Below are positions 47,815 to 59,843 of a stretch of DNA of 64,000 bases, piece by piece. The first letter of the stretch is position 1. Every line of letters begins with the position of its first letter. The stretch is from Mobula hypostoma (lineage: Eukaryota). Below the pieces are notes generated by a model. That model was not told where the DNA came from. It saw only the letters and a program-made list of their open reading frames with translations, and made no database searches. The position numbers and the translations under genes are program-made. The DNA is taken from contig NC_086097.1 in assembly GCF_963921235.1 (NCBI RefSeq), positions 147,500,001-147,564,000 on the forward strand, written 5' to 3'.

Positions 47815-48260
47815 GCCAACTTTTGTACCCTGGAAAGGGAGCCCCATTATCAGATTGCGTTTCAGCTGGATCTCCATATTTAGCTAATAAAGTTTTAAGA
47901 CAACAGAAAGTGTTGTCCTGCTCTGCCTTGACAGAAAGGACAGCCATCAAAAGACCTGAATAGATGTCAACCATGCTTAAGGGATACTTGTATCTCAGTT
48001 TTAGGGGAAGTAGACCAATGTAAGCCCTCTCTGCCATATTCGCGCAGGGCAACTGCCAGGCTATTTCATTAATGGTCTAGTTTTACTAGTTGGCATGCCT
48101 CACATTGGGGCATGCATACACCTGCAGCAGCCTTGAAATATTTCTTCTCCCTCAATGATCCAAATCCCCTTGTGGTGGCTACTTCTAGAATATGCTGCAT
48201 AAGCAGGGAAGGAAGAATTCCTTCAGAATTGTGGAAGAGGAAGGAGGGGTTGGAAGACAT
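47815..48260 (-). pseudogene. Retroviral-type integrase relic (ERV class III/spuma-related-like)
   Basis: A zinc-finger remnant CEACQ is followed by YIGLLP..YKYPLSMVDIYSGLLMA..YGDPAETQSDNGAPF, giving the first two catalytic Asp residues. It is truncated before the Glu. Confidence 0.7.
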
Positions 48261-48389
48261 ACCTAGTCAAGAACCCCTACTAAAGGCGCTGGATTTGGTG
48301 GAATAATTTTTTTGAAAGTAAAGGCAGAACAAAATTCTGAAACGAATAGTGTCATTTGGAAAACAGAAAATATTTTTCAATGCCTCTTA

Positions 48390-48732
48390 CTATACCTCTT
48401 TTCCTCACCTGCCTATCACCTTCCCCTGGTGCTCCCCCTTCTTCCCTTTCTCCTGTGATCCAGTTTTCTCTCTTATCAAATTCCTTCTTATCCAGCCCTT
48501 TACCTTTCCTATCCACCTGGCTTCACTTATCATCTAGATTTTCCTCCCACTCCTCCCCGTGCCCTTTTAGTTTGCCATCTTCCTCCTTCCTTTCCAGACT
48601 GATGAAGAGTCCTGGCCTGAAAATACCAACTGTTTATTCAATTCTATAGATGCTACCTGACCTGCTGAGTTCCTTCAGCACTTTGTGTGTGTCTCTTTGG
48701 CTCTCCTGCATCTGCAGAATCTCTTGCGTTTA
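48390..48732 (+). mobile_element. Penelope 3'-end relic with a decayed hammerhead at 48595-48632
   Basis: A pyrimidine-rich UTR is followed by CTGATGAAGAGTCCTGGCCTGAAA..ctatagatgctacctgacctgctg..catctgcagaatctcttg, collinear with 10435-10700. Confidence 0.85.
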
Positions 48733-50816
48733 TTATTTTCAATTAGTTCAAGTTTAAGAAAGATGGAAGATGGGAGGCAGCCCAAGGGAGCACATAGAAT
48801 TAATTTAGTCTGGAGGTAACAAAAATATGAATGAATATTTCAGAAATTAATCTAAGACTGCTTTTAAAGAGAGAGCAAGTATTTGGTTATTGGGAGAGAG
48901 CAGAAATCACAAATTATTTTTTGGTGCCAGGTCATATGGGATGTAATATTTGCAAACAAACATTTCCCTGCATCAGTGAACAAGAAGTAAGGTAAAATCA
49001 GCTCCTGGGAGAATCCAAAAGCAATAGTCTTCTCATTCCCAATATTTAATTTGAGTAAACTGGAGATCTTAGAGCACTGGATGTTGGAAATAAATCTTTA
49101 GGATAGCTAATAGGGTGATTGGTCCTACACCATGGGTATATTTTATAAGATCCATTGATGGAAATTACCCAAAATCAGAGCTGATATCCACTCACTTGGA
49201 CTTCTGGTTTGCCTCAGTGGCTGTAATATTATTATTAAACTCAGTTAACATTCAAGAACAAAAGTGGTAGATTTCTGTTATCTCTGTCTGAGACAATCTA
49301 GTCCATTTTGTTCTCTATTAAAGTGAGACAGTGACTGAGACAGATAACAGAGCAGAACATGGAAAAGTATCCTGATATAGTCTCCCAACTGGAGATAACA
49401 CAACAGCCGTTTGACAAGAATGGAAAAATCATATACAAAGTTAACTGCCTTAAATTGTAGTATTTTCTTCCAGTCACTCCTGACATATACTGCTCCAGTG
49501 AAGCACTGATCAATGCCACTTTCATCCACTCACTGACATTTTAGGCAGAAAAGAAGCTGAAGAGACATTAACATAGATTAAAGGATGTAACAGAATATCA
49601 GCCTGCTGTATAAATTTAAACTCTTTCACTTCACATGCCAGTGAGATGGAGTGAAATTGCAGTTTTTATATTTAATGAAGAAGTAGGTTATATATTAGAA
49701 AGCTAACTGATCCTACCGTATTTTTTTTATTGTGAACCCTTGCATTCAAATTTTATCTAGCAATCTGAAGAAGGTGTAGAGGAAGATTCCTTGACTGAAA
49801 TACTAATAGCTAAATCGAATAGCACCTACTTCCACTGGGTCATTGCTTCTGAATTGAATTTTGCAAGTTTAGCATTATTTTCCCAATTCAGTAGATTCTA
49901 CAGATTTTACCTTCCCGTTCCAGTTTCAGTTCTATCATGGAAGTTCAATGCAATATGCAGTTTGACTATTTGAATGGCTGTTTAAAAATATCTCAAAAAA
50001 TTAGCTGAAATTAATAAATCAAACTTATCATTTCTTAGTTATCAGTAAACATTGAACTAATATCCTCTAAGCAATGAAATGAGCTATTTTTCCTGATTTT
50101 AGTTCTAGCCTGTTTGTGATTCTAATCCTGTCCCATGTCGTAAACTCACAACTTACCTCTGGCTGGGAAACCAGCCTGCTGGCCCAATCAGAGGAGTTAG
50201 ATATAGGAATAAATATTGGCCTTGCCTGCAAAAGCCACATCCAAGCTGCACTGGTACACACCCGCCAAACTCATCAATCTTTAACAGAAGACTAACGTGA
50301 GCTGTTACTGAATGAAGGACATGTCTGTCCTGTGTACCAAAGAGCACTGAACTATGTCTCATTGAGCAAGGGATGACCAGGCCACATTAAGTTCTCCATT
50401 ATCCTTACTATGTTCTTTTCTTTAGTATACAAACAATCTTTTCACTTTGACACCCACACTGGACAATTGCATGTGCTACACTAGAAGACAATTAATTCTT
50501 TCTCCCTTGTTGTGAAACACCAGGTCTGTTCTAGACCAGAAATATGGACACTCCTGGTATAACGCATCCGTGTTCCTTTCCCACACCTTCATTCTGGTGA
50601 AAAATAGGAAGAAGTTTTCCCACAAAAAAGTTCAGCAAGCATCTTCAAGTTCAGCATAATTCCGTCCTTACTGATAATGTCCACTGGAGTTGCAACATTA
50701 CAAAAGAATTCGATCAGAATTCTTCAGATTAATAATTGGGATTTATTTGGAGTTTGCAGGAAAATGCAATCAAATATTATGTGTAGGTTCTGATGTACAA
50801 CATTACGAGAATGTAG

Positions 50817-52091
50817 TGTCATGGTCCGGATCGGGGTCCCTTTAAATTTACCTTGTTTATGTTACGAACTGGACCGTTGATTCCCTGTTTTCCCGTGTCC
50901 CTCGGCTTTGGTGATTAGAGGCAGTTAACGCTTCGCTGAACCGGTAGTTTATAGTCTCCGGCTTTCAGCCGTTGGGCGCAGGAGCGTCTGCAAAGTTATC
51001 AAAGATATGGTGTGCCGATGTCATCTGGCCAGAGCAAGCCTAGTCTCTGACGAAGCGAGTACCGGTAATTCGCCCTTCCTCACTGGAGCAACCCTGTCCA
51101 GTTACCTCGCCGAAGTGAGCCTGCAAAGTTTCCTCATCAAGGTGGGTCCATCAGTTAACCCGCCGAAGAGAATCAGGAGCCGCTGTCTACTGTTCCTGGG
51201 CCAAGTCTAGAGCTCGCCACTACCCGGAGGTTCCAGGTACCACGTCCTGGCTCTGGCAGCATCCAAGTACCACGTCCAAGTCTTGGTCCCAGCGGCATCC
51301 GAGTACCCAGTCAAGTCCTGGCCCTGGCGGCATCCGAGTACCTAGTCAAGTCCTGGCCCTGGCGGTCTGTGATTCCTGTCCTACCCCCCTGTCTGAATCT
51401 CTTCTCTGCCGCTCTCACCTCTAGCCCTCGTCTGCAGCCCTCGCCTCCACCTCGGTATAGTTCTATTGATGGAGCTAGATAGGAACTGTGTTGTTCTTTG
51501 GTGTTTGTCTTGTCTTGTCTTCGCCTCTGTGGGGTAAGTCAGGCCGTCTTGCCGTTACTCCGCAGGGGGTCATGTCTTGTCATGTCTTGTCCTCGCCTCC
51601 ATGGGGTAAGTCAGGCCATCTTGCTGTTGCCCCGTGGGATGTTATGAGTCCCGGCCCTATGTCCTGTTCCCAAGGAGGAGTCCCGGCTTTCTGTTCTGTG
51701 TATGTGTCCATGGTTACATGTATCGGCTCTCCCGAGACCGAGGCTCTGTGTTCCCATGTTCCTCCTCTCCCTAGCCCATGTCATGTCCTTGCCTGGTTCT
51801 GGGGTCCGAGTCCGAGGCAAGACCCAGGTACTGGGTCCTTGCCCAGTCTCTGGCTCGGAGTCCATACCCTAGCCTCTTCATATCTCCTCTAGTTCTGGGA
51901 GCCGATTCCGAGTCCTAGCCCAGACCCTTGGTCCCAGCCTAGTCGTAGTCCTGAGTCCTTGTCCAGTTTGCTATTTCCTGCTCCTGCCTTGCTCTCCTGG
52001 TATCAAACAATAAACTAAATCTAAGTAACCTCACAAGATGTGTCTTGCATTTGGGTCCACCCTTGCTCCCAATGCCCCCGCCATTGTGACA
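50817..52091 (+). mobile_element. Solo LTR (1275 bp), Gypsy-type, young
   Basis: Termini TGTCA...TGACA with a perfect 5-bp TSD TGTAG (50812-50816, 52092-52096). AATAAA is at about 52009, and there are internal ~35-bp tandem repeats at 51233-51365. Confidence 0.92.
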
Positions 52092-52668
52092 TGTAGATAC
52101 TGTAGATACTCATATTCCATTGACAGGATCACAAAGCATCTATTCAGTTACCAATAGACTAGACTATATAATCTAGCCTCTAGACTAGATAACCAGATTA
52201 ACATAATCTAGTTAAATTTAAAAAATGGTGGCAGTGCTTTAATAAAGGAAGTTAAACTGACTTTGAGGACCTTACAGTGCTATTTAAACAAAATCCATGT
52301 TCTTCCTTAAAGAGAACCCAAACTAAAGAAGACAACCTGAGCTTTTTTAGTCTCTTTAATAGTAAATAATATACCAATATATTCCACAGATGTATGTGAG
52401 AAAATTAAATAGCAATAAAATAATAGTATCCAAGGACCAATGAATAAAGGCTTAGGCAGTGTTAGCATTAAAAAAAAGAAGAGGGAGGGATAGAGACTAT
52501 GAAAATTAAGCAGAGAATTCAAGAGGGTAAGATATAAAGAGAGTATTTCTGGGAGAATGAATAGTAATTGCTTCCAAGACCATTTGTGCAGCACATTCAT
52601 GTCTAAGATACTGCCTACACACCAACATAACTTTTTTCTTTCATATCACTTTTAAAGAATTGAATGAA

Positions 52669-53605
52669 GGTCGTATGGCATATAGTGGCCAGTGTAATGC
52701 GTTACAGAGCAAGCAATCAGTGATCAATATTCAATTCCCACCACTGTCTGTCCATTCTTCCCATGACCTCATGGCTTTCCTCAGGGTGCTCTGGTTTCTT
52801 CCCACATTCCAAAGATGTATATGTAAGGGTGAGGGCTGCTAACTTGTGGACATGCTATGTTGATGTCAGAAGCATAGCAATACTTGCAGGCTGCCCTCAA
52901 CACATCCTCAAACTGTGTTGGTCATTGATGCAAATGATGCATTTTCACTGTATGTTTCAATACAGGAGCAAGGATGTGATGCTGAGGCTTTATAAGTCAC
53001 TGATGAGGCCTCACCTTGAGTATTGTGAACAGTTTTGGGCCCCTCATCTTAGAAAAGTGCTGGCATTGGAGAGGGTCCAGAGGAGGTTCACAGGGATGAT
53101 TCCAGTAATGAAAGGGTTATCATACAAGAAATGTTTGATGGCTCTGGATCTGTACTCGCTGGAATTCAGAAGGATGAGGGCGGATCTCATTGAAACTTTT
53201 CGAATGTTGAAAGGCCTGGACAGAGTAAGTGTAGAAAGGATGTTTCCCATGGTGGGAGAGTCCGAGGACAGGGGGGGGACAGACTTAGGATAGCCGGGCG
53301 TCCTTTCAAGACAGAGATGCAGAGAAATTTCTTTATCCCAAGGGTGGTGAATTTGTGAAATTTGTTGCCATATGCAGCTGTGGAGTCCAGGTTGTTGAGT
53401 GTATTTAAGTCAGAGATTGATAGGTTCTTGATTGGACATGACATCAAAGGTTACGGGGAGAAGGCTGGGAACTGGGGTTGAGGAGGAGATAGAAAAAAAG
53501 GATCAGCCATGATTGAATGGCGGAGCAGACTCGATGGGCCAGATGGGCTCCTATGTCTTATGGTCTTACGTTATGATATACGTGTGATAAATAAAGCTAA
53601 TCTTT
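52669..53605 (+). mobile_element. tRNA-derived V-SINE-like element with Rex1-type tail, split by CR1
   Basis: A tRNA-like head is followed by V-domain-like ggctttcctcagggtgctctggtttcttcccacattccaaaga. The tail gtgtgataaataaagctaatcttt resumes at 53575. Confidence 0.7.
52959..53574 (+). mobile_element. 5'-truncated CR1 LINE
   Basis: Reads YRSKDVMLRLYKSLMRPHLEYCEQFWAP and ends in a cctatgtcttatggtctta tail. Confidence 0.92.
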
Positions 53606-55434
53606 CAAAGTTCTTTGAGAATTTTCTGGAAGATTTTTACTTATTTTGACCATTGTGGCAGAACATTTAGATACAAGGTTCAAAAGTTTAAAATCAGAAG
53701 AAAAAAAGATTGAGTTGAAATGTTTTTTATCCAAGTTGCGGCATAATTGTCAACTGTGACTGAGGAAAGAGTGCGCCAAAAAAGATGCCACCTTTTGTGT
53801 TGGGACAAAATTGCCTTCCCTTTCAGGTTCAGGTCAACTGTATTGATCAAAGATGATAAACTGTCCTGACCAACTCTTATTTTCTTCAGCTAAAACACAT
53901 GATTTTTTCATTTCTTTTACCGATTTGCCAATGAAAAACTGGCCTGTGTACACCAAAAACAGTGTTTTGTAATGCATTTGAAAACTGTGTTGATAAAATG
54001 TTTTTCTATGCTGCTCTGACAACAGGTATCACATAAAACAAAACCTGTAAAGGTTTTTCTTTCATAGCAATGATATTGAGAATGTAGGCAATTGGGAATT
54101 TCAAATAACAAACTATAATGTCCTTCTGAATTCAATAAAATTGTTCTGTTCTAATAAAACATTTATATTTCTCTTCAAAAGGTCCTGCATTTATATTTTA
54201 TTGAATAAACTATCTTAAAGGAGTTGTTATGTCAAAAGTTAAACTCATTGAAAATGCAGTCTCAACTGTGATTCATCAATCATGACATTCCAAATACATA
54301 CATAATAATTCAGCTGCCTCACATCAGATACTCCCCCTGGCCATTAGCCCACCTCATATTCTTGGTGCACACTATTCAAAACAAAAGTGTGAATAAAATT
54401 CAATAGAATACAAAATATAAAATCTCCAAAAGGGTTTTTATATTTGATTGCATTTTCTTATAGTTACATTGATTTACAAATTGATTTCCTGGTGGAAAAA
54501 CTTACAATTTCCACTGAGCTATAAGACCCATATAGCTTAGAGGTCAAGTAGAATACAACATTTTAATCCACCAGTTTTCTTTGCATACATGTATTTGAAA
54601 GGCTTATAACCTATTCGACAATCTTAAAGAAAGCACAATTTAATGATGTCTTAAATGGAGAAAATTAACAGTCATTTTATTTTCTGATGTGACGAGCATT
54701 TATTAGAGGAATGCTTAATTAAGTCAGTGTTTTTGGTAATGTTGGTTGAAGGATTAATGTTTTCAAGAGAAAAAGAAGACACTGTACTTTTAACACTATA
54801 AAGGAATTTTCAACATGCTTGCACGGACTAACCAGATCTTATTTTAACAGTTCATCTGAAAAGCTGCACTACCACCAATGTAGATAATCCACTTAACTAG
54901 TGATATTGGTTGCAGATGAAAGTTTTCTGGAAAAAAAAGGTAGCTAACATATCTAACATGTTTACATGGACAAATTCCATTTTATTTTAATAGCTCATCT
55001 GACAGCTTACACTGCCATCAATGCAGAATCTCTGATAATTCATCAATCTCATAACAATGACCAAAAGAGTCTTTAATATTTGCTTAAGCATTATAACATG
55101 ACGTCATCCTAAATCCTTCTTATTCAGAAACGAGGGGGTGGTTGGGTGGGTGGGTGCCAACCTGACAAAGCAAATATGTGACAAATGAAATCAAAAAAGA
55201 GATTAAGTGAGAAAAGAACAGTGTAATAAAAGTGAAAAACATTGAGAATTGTTTGAAAACATTGTTAACACAGAGTGAAAAAATAACCATTTCTCAGTCT
55301 TTCAAGAAATTTGAACATGCACATTACATTCTTTCGATTCTTATCAAGTTAAATTAATCTCTTTCTGAAACGCTGCAGGGAATTAGACCACAACATCTCA
55401 AGAACTTGGAAGTGACTATAGATGGACATTCCTA

Positions 55435-56650
55435 GGAAAATCACATAATCACAGAAAGGTAAAAAATTAGTTCATCAAGTCCAGAATCAGTTCTATGCAA
55501 AAAAATCCACCTTACATGAGCTGCCTGCCCTTTATCCATAGCACAGCAATTTGTTTTTCCTTGCAAGTGTTTTTCTGCTTCCCTTTTCAATTCCACAATT
55601 GAATTTGGCTCCCCACTTATTCTAGCAATGCATTCCAGATTCAAATCACTTGTATTAATAGGTTTTCTAATGACATGTATGGTTTCTTCGTCAATTGTGT
55701 TCATTCAATGTGTCTTGTCCAGTGAGAAAAGGCTGTCTCTCTCTCTATCTTTAATATTAATGATTTTATTAAATCACCTATAAAACCTCTCTGTTGAAAG
55801 GAGAACGGTGCCAACTTCTCCAGGGTGTATTCTGTTAAAGCTTTTTGCACCTACGGTAAAGCCTTCACATCCTTTTTGACACAAGGATTCAATACACCAG
55901 TTATGGCTAAACCAGTGTTTCATGAAGTATCATTGTGATTCTTCTATCTTGCACCTGTACCTCTATTTATAAAACTCAGTATTTCATAATTTTCTTTAAT
56001 AGTTTTTCAGACTGCCCTACCAACATTAATGAACTGTGCAGATATACTCATGTCTTTGCTCTTCAACTCTTTTTTTATTGTACTCTCTAAGATATATTTG
56101 TCGTCATTCTCCTTCCCAAAATATCACACTTCTCATTTTTCTGTATTAAATGTATTTGCCACAGATCTACTAATCCATCAGCTTGTTAATTATTTTTGAA
56201 GTTTATTACCATCTTCTACACAGTTCACATTGCTTTTAAGTTCTGCATCATCTGTACATTTTACAGTTATTCCCTCTACTCAGAAATCCAAGTTGATATT
56301 ATTTATATAGAAAAGGAAACACAGCACAATGTATTGACCATTGCTGTAAATGTCCCTTCAGTCTGATGAACAAATATTGTCTACTTTTCCCTTCCTGTCA
56401 TTTAGGGAACTTTCTATTTACATTTTGCCTCCTCTTTTATTCCAGGGACTTCAAATTGGATGACTTGTCAATTAAGCTGTGCTTTACAAAATGTTCTTTG
56501 AAATTCCAGATATATAACATCATCTATATTACTCTCATTAAATCCCTCTAATTATTTCATCAGAACACTCTAAGCTGATTAAGTATGGTTTGCCTTTAAC
56601 ATATTTATTCTGCTTTCCCTAATCCTCTGCACTGTCTAGTCGTGTTTAAG
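55435..56650 (-). mobile_element. Very old CR1 RT/3' relic
   Basis: Decayed RT motif sequence (tctgcatcatctgtacattt at about 56242, an ADD remnant) and a CR1-like 3' end near 55440-55640. Confidence 0.55.
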
Positions 56651-57460
56651 GGTATAATTCTCTATTCCTCAGGTCCTGTTTGTATCAGTGTGGTGATCTA
56701 GTTTAGTTCAATTTACTGCACAACTCTTAATTAATCAATGTGTTTCTGCATAAATATCAACATAACTATGTTGATCCTGGACCAACAACAAAAAACATGA
56801 ATTCTAGTGTCCCCTCTGTATCAATACTGACTGAGAACACTTCTCCAATTCATAGCACTGAAAAAAGGGGATCTCCCATTAGCCAAATAATTGATTCTAC
56901 TTCTCCCAGCCCTTGACATGGTGCCTTCCTTGCGATAGTTAATTCCTGGAGCTCACACTGCTTTACATTGAAAGCTTCTCATTCTTGTAGCCTCCTTATC
57001 AGTTCAAATGTTATGCTTCAATTTCACTGGCTCTGGCCTATCTGGCCCCAAGCCAGCATCATTTTATTGCTCTTCTTGCAAGTGACAACTTGTAACTGAG
57101 GTCTCTTTTTTCTGAATCAAAGCAGACCAGTCAGTTCTAGGTTCAAGTTACTCAGGTTAGATACAGACTCCCCTCTTCATGAACCTGCATGCTTTATCAT
57201 ACGAAAGAACACTTTGTAAATAAGTTCTTATTCAGAAATTATCTCTAGTTCAGCAGATTATCGGGAGCATCATTGTGTCCTCTTTAAAAGCATTTTGATA
57301 TAGTTATTCGTGACTAAAACCAGTTCACAAGACAGCACACAAAATGGAGGTTACACAGTAGCTTCACAAAATGGCAGCCTCCATTCCTTCAACCACATGG
57401 CAAGAATAAAGACAACTGGTTTGTCTACTTCCACTGTCTTTGGCTCATTCAAGTTCAATG

Positions 57461-59450
57461 TTAATATATACTATATAGATGAATAGGTAGTTTTACAACA
57501 GGTTTGGTTAATATTTGTCCAGCCAAAATAAAATTTTCTGAAACTTTGGAAACTGCAAAATTAGTGTTAAACAAACTGCAAATTAAAGATCCCTTCTTGT
57601 AATGTGTGCTTGAAGTAGCAATGTAATAAGTATCATTTACCAAATGGAATGCCCTGTTATTGACAGGCAAAATAGATATAGAACTATTATTGAAAATAAT
57701 TCAGAAGATGTGTAACTCGGATAAGAAACGAACCCACAATCCGTTAACCCATTCTTAACTAAATCCTCTGGACAAACCCAATATTCTCCTTTTGATGACA
57801 GAAAGACAAATTTATGCCCTTTGTAGATCCTTGCCACTCAATAGCAAAAGTAAGGAATATGAAGTACTGCTCCAACATACAGTGGTCCAGACCCATTCCT
57901 ACAATTTCCAAGGAGGTGATTTGTCAAGGTGAATTCCCTAATTTAGTACCCTGTGGTGTTATTACCAACCTGTTCCTTTGACTGTTTGACTGAAATCTAA
58001 TCAGGAATCCAAAGGTTGTCTAATTGTACCATGTTAACTCCTAATGCAGAAAGTAACCATGAGGTATACACTGTACATACAGCATCCGTAGCACATTGAG
58101 TAGTTTCATTATTAACTCCGTCAATCATTCGATTTGTTATATTACACAAGGGTTGTAAAATGACCTGGATGAGGAAGTGGAGGGATGGGTTAGCAAATTT
58201 GCAGATGACACAAAGGTTGGAGGTGCTGTGGATAGTGTGAAGGGCTGTCAGAAGTTACAGTGGGACATTGATAGGATGCAAAACTGGGCTGAGAAGTGGC
58301 AGATGGAGTTCAACCCAGATAAGTGTGAAGTGATTCATTTTGGTAGGTCAAATATGATGGCAGAATATAGTATTAATGGTAAGACTCTTGGCAGTGTGGA
58401 GGATCAGAAGGATCTTGGGGTCCGAGTCCATAGGATGCTCAAAGCTGCTGCGTAGGTTGACTCTGTGGTTAAGAAGACATACGGTGTATTGGCTTTCATT
58501 AATCGTGGAATTGAATTTAGGAGCCAAGTGGTAATGTTGCAGCTATATAGGACCCTGGTCAGACCCCACTTGGAGGACTGTGCTCAGTTCTGGTCGCCTC
58601 ACTACAGGAAGGATGTGGAAGCCATAGAAAGGGTACAGAGGAGATTTACAAGGATGTTGCCTGGATTGGGGAGCATGCCCTATGAAAACATGTTGAGTGA
58701 ACTTGGCTTTTTCCCCGGGCTGAAATGGTTGCCACAAGAGGACACAGGTTTAAGGTACTGAGGAGTAGGTACAGAGGAGATGTCAGGGCTAAGTGTTTTA
58801 CTCAGAGAGTGGTGAGTCCGTGGAGGCGGATACAATAGGGTCTTTCAAGAGACTTTTGGATAGGTACATGGAGCTTAGAAAAATAGAGGGCTATGGGTAA
58901 GCCTTGTAATTTCTAAGGTAGGGACATGTACGGCACAACTTTGTGGGCTGAAGGGCCTGTATTGTGCTGCAGGTTTTTCTATGTTTCTATGTGGAGCATT
59001 TCCAAAACTAGATTTGCTTGTTTTTCACCAAAAGTGCTAACTCCTCCCATCTCCTCATAATCTCAATTTATAATTTCTTTCATCTTTTGGCTTAGATAAT
59101 TTAATTAAGGGTTTACCTCTGTAATATCTAGCATATTTAGCATGGAAACTCCAGTAGCATATCCTAATCTCATAAATTCAATTACCTCTTACTTCGCCTC
59201 TCTCATGTTTTAAATTCTGAATGGGTACACAGTTCAAATAAAAATGTTGGAAAAGCTCCTGGGGGCTTATTCCACACCAGCTAGGAATTTGGAGGGATGT
59301 CAAGTTGGACGTCACTTGAAAATAAGAAACAAAACACAGTAGAATAACTTATTCTTCCATTTCTTCTAATACAAGTCCGATTCCCTTTGTATCTGCCTGA
59401 ACCTCATCACACAACGAAGGACTAGTAATGGTTGGCACTACAAAGTGGTA
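57461..59450 (-). pseudogene. Decayed env-position gene encoding an F-like class I fusion glycoprotein (lokiretrovirus-like), split by CR1
   Basis: Manual translation: CDEVQADTKGIGLVLEE..SNLTSLQIPSWCG..RRSKR/VIEFMRLGYATGVSMLNMLDITEVNP*LNYLSQKMKEIIN*..[CR1]..CNITNRMIDGVNNETTQCATDAVCTVYTSWLLSALGVNMVQLDNLWIPD*IS..VGAVLHIP..TKGINLSFCHQK/GEYWVCPEDLVKNGLTDCGF..AFHLVNDTYYIATSSTHYKKGSLICSLFNTNF. It lies directly downstream of the integrase on the same strand. Confidence 0.72.
58157..58992 (+). mobile_element. CR1 LINE fragment inserted into the env-like gene
   Basis: Reads VSKFADDTKVGG and RPHLEDCAQFWSP, with a ttctatgtttctatgt tail. TGT is present at both junctions (58154-58156, 58990-58992). Confidence 0.93.
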
Positions 59451-59843
59451 TCAGTTGTTGTCAACTCGACCATGGGGTAAGGTGTGTATGGAAGATCTGA
59501 GGCCCCAGAGCAACTGGGATTGAGTTATCCAGGGCACGTGTTAACTGATGACCTCATTTCTGATGTGTGTCCACACCAACGGTGCCATTATATTCACAAT
59601 GAAGATATACTTGAGTTATAAGCCCTTTTTCCCTAAAGCTGGACCCAAACAAAAACATGAATTCCCACCATTATCCGAGTAATTTCACGTAGGACAAGAT
59701 ATTATAGACTGCGACATAATGGTCTTCCTTAATAGTGTCAATTAATTGCTATACCCATTTGTCCTTTACAATACCATCATACTCAGGCTCTGATAAATCT
59801 AACCAAACCAAGAATTTTAACTTTTTCATTTCTCTCCTGGTCA

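Noticed and set aside
47485..47815. Possible plus-strand LTR end with AATAAA and a tRNA-Leu-like PBS (TGGTGTCAGA)
   Set aside because: The match is short, there is no clear CA terminus, and it is opposite in orientation to the adjacent integrase.
52763..53293. 176-aa ORF as a novel gene
   Set aside because: It is a chance read-through from SINE sequence into an inserted CR1 RT fragment.
57000..57420. Possible 3' LTR of the loki-like element
   Set aside because: No second LTR is present in the window for comparison, and I cannot identify a PPT or TG..CA boundaries.
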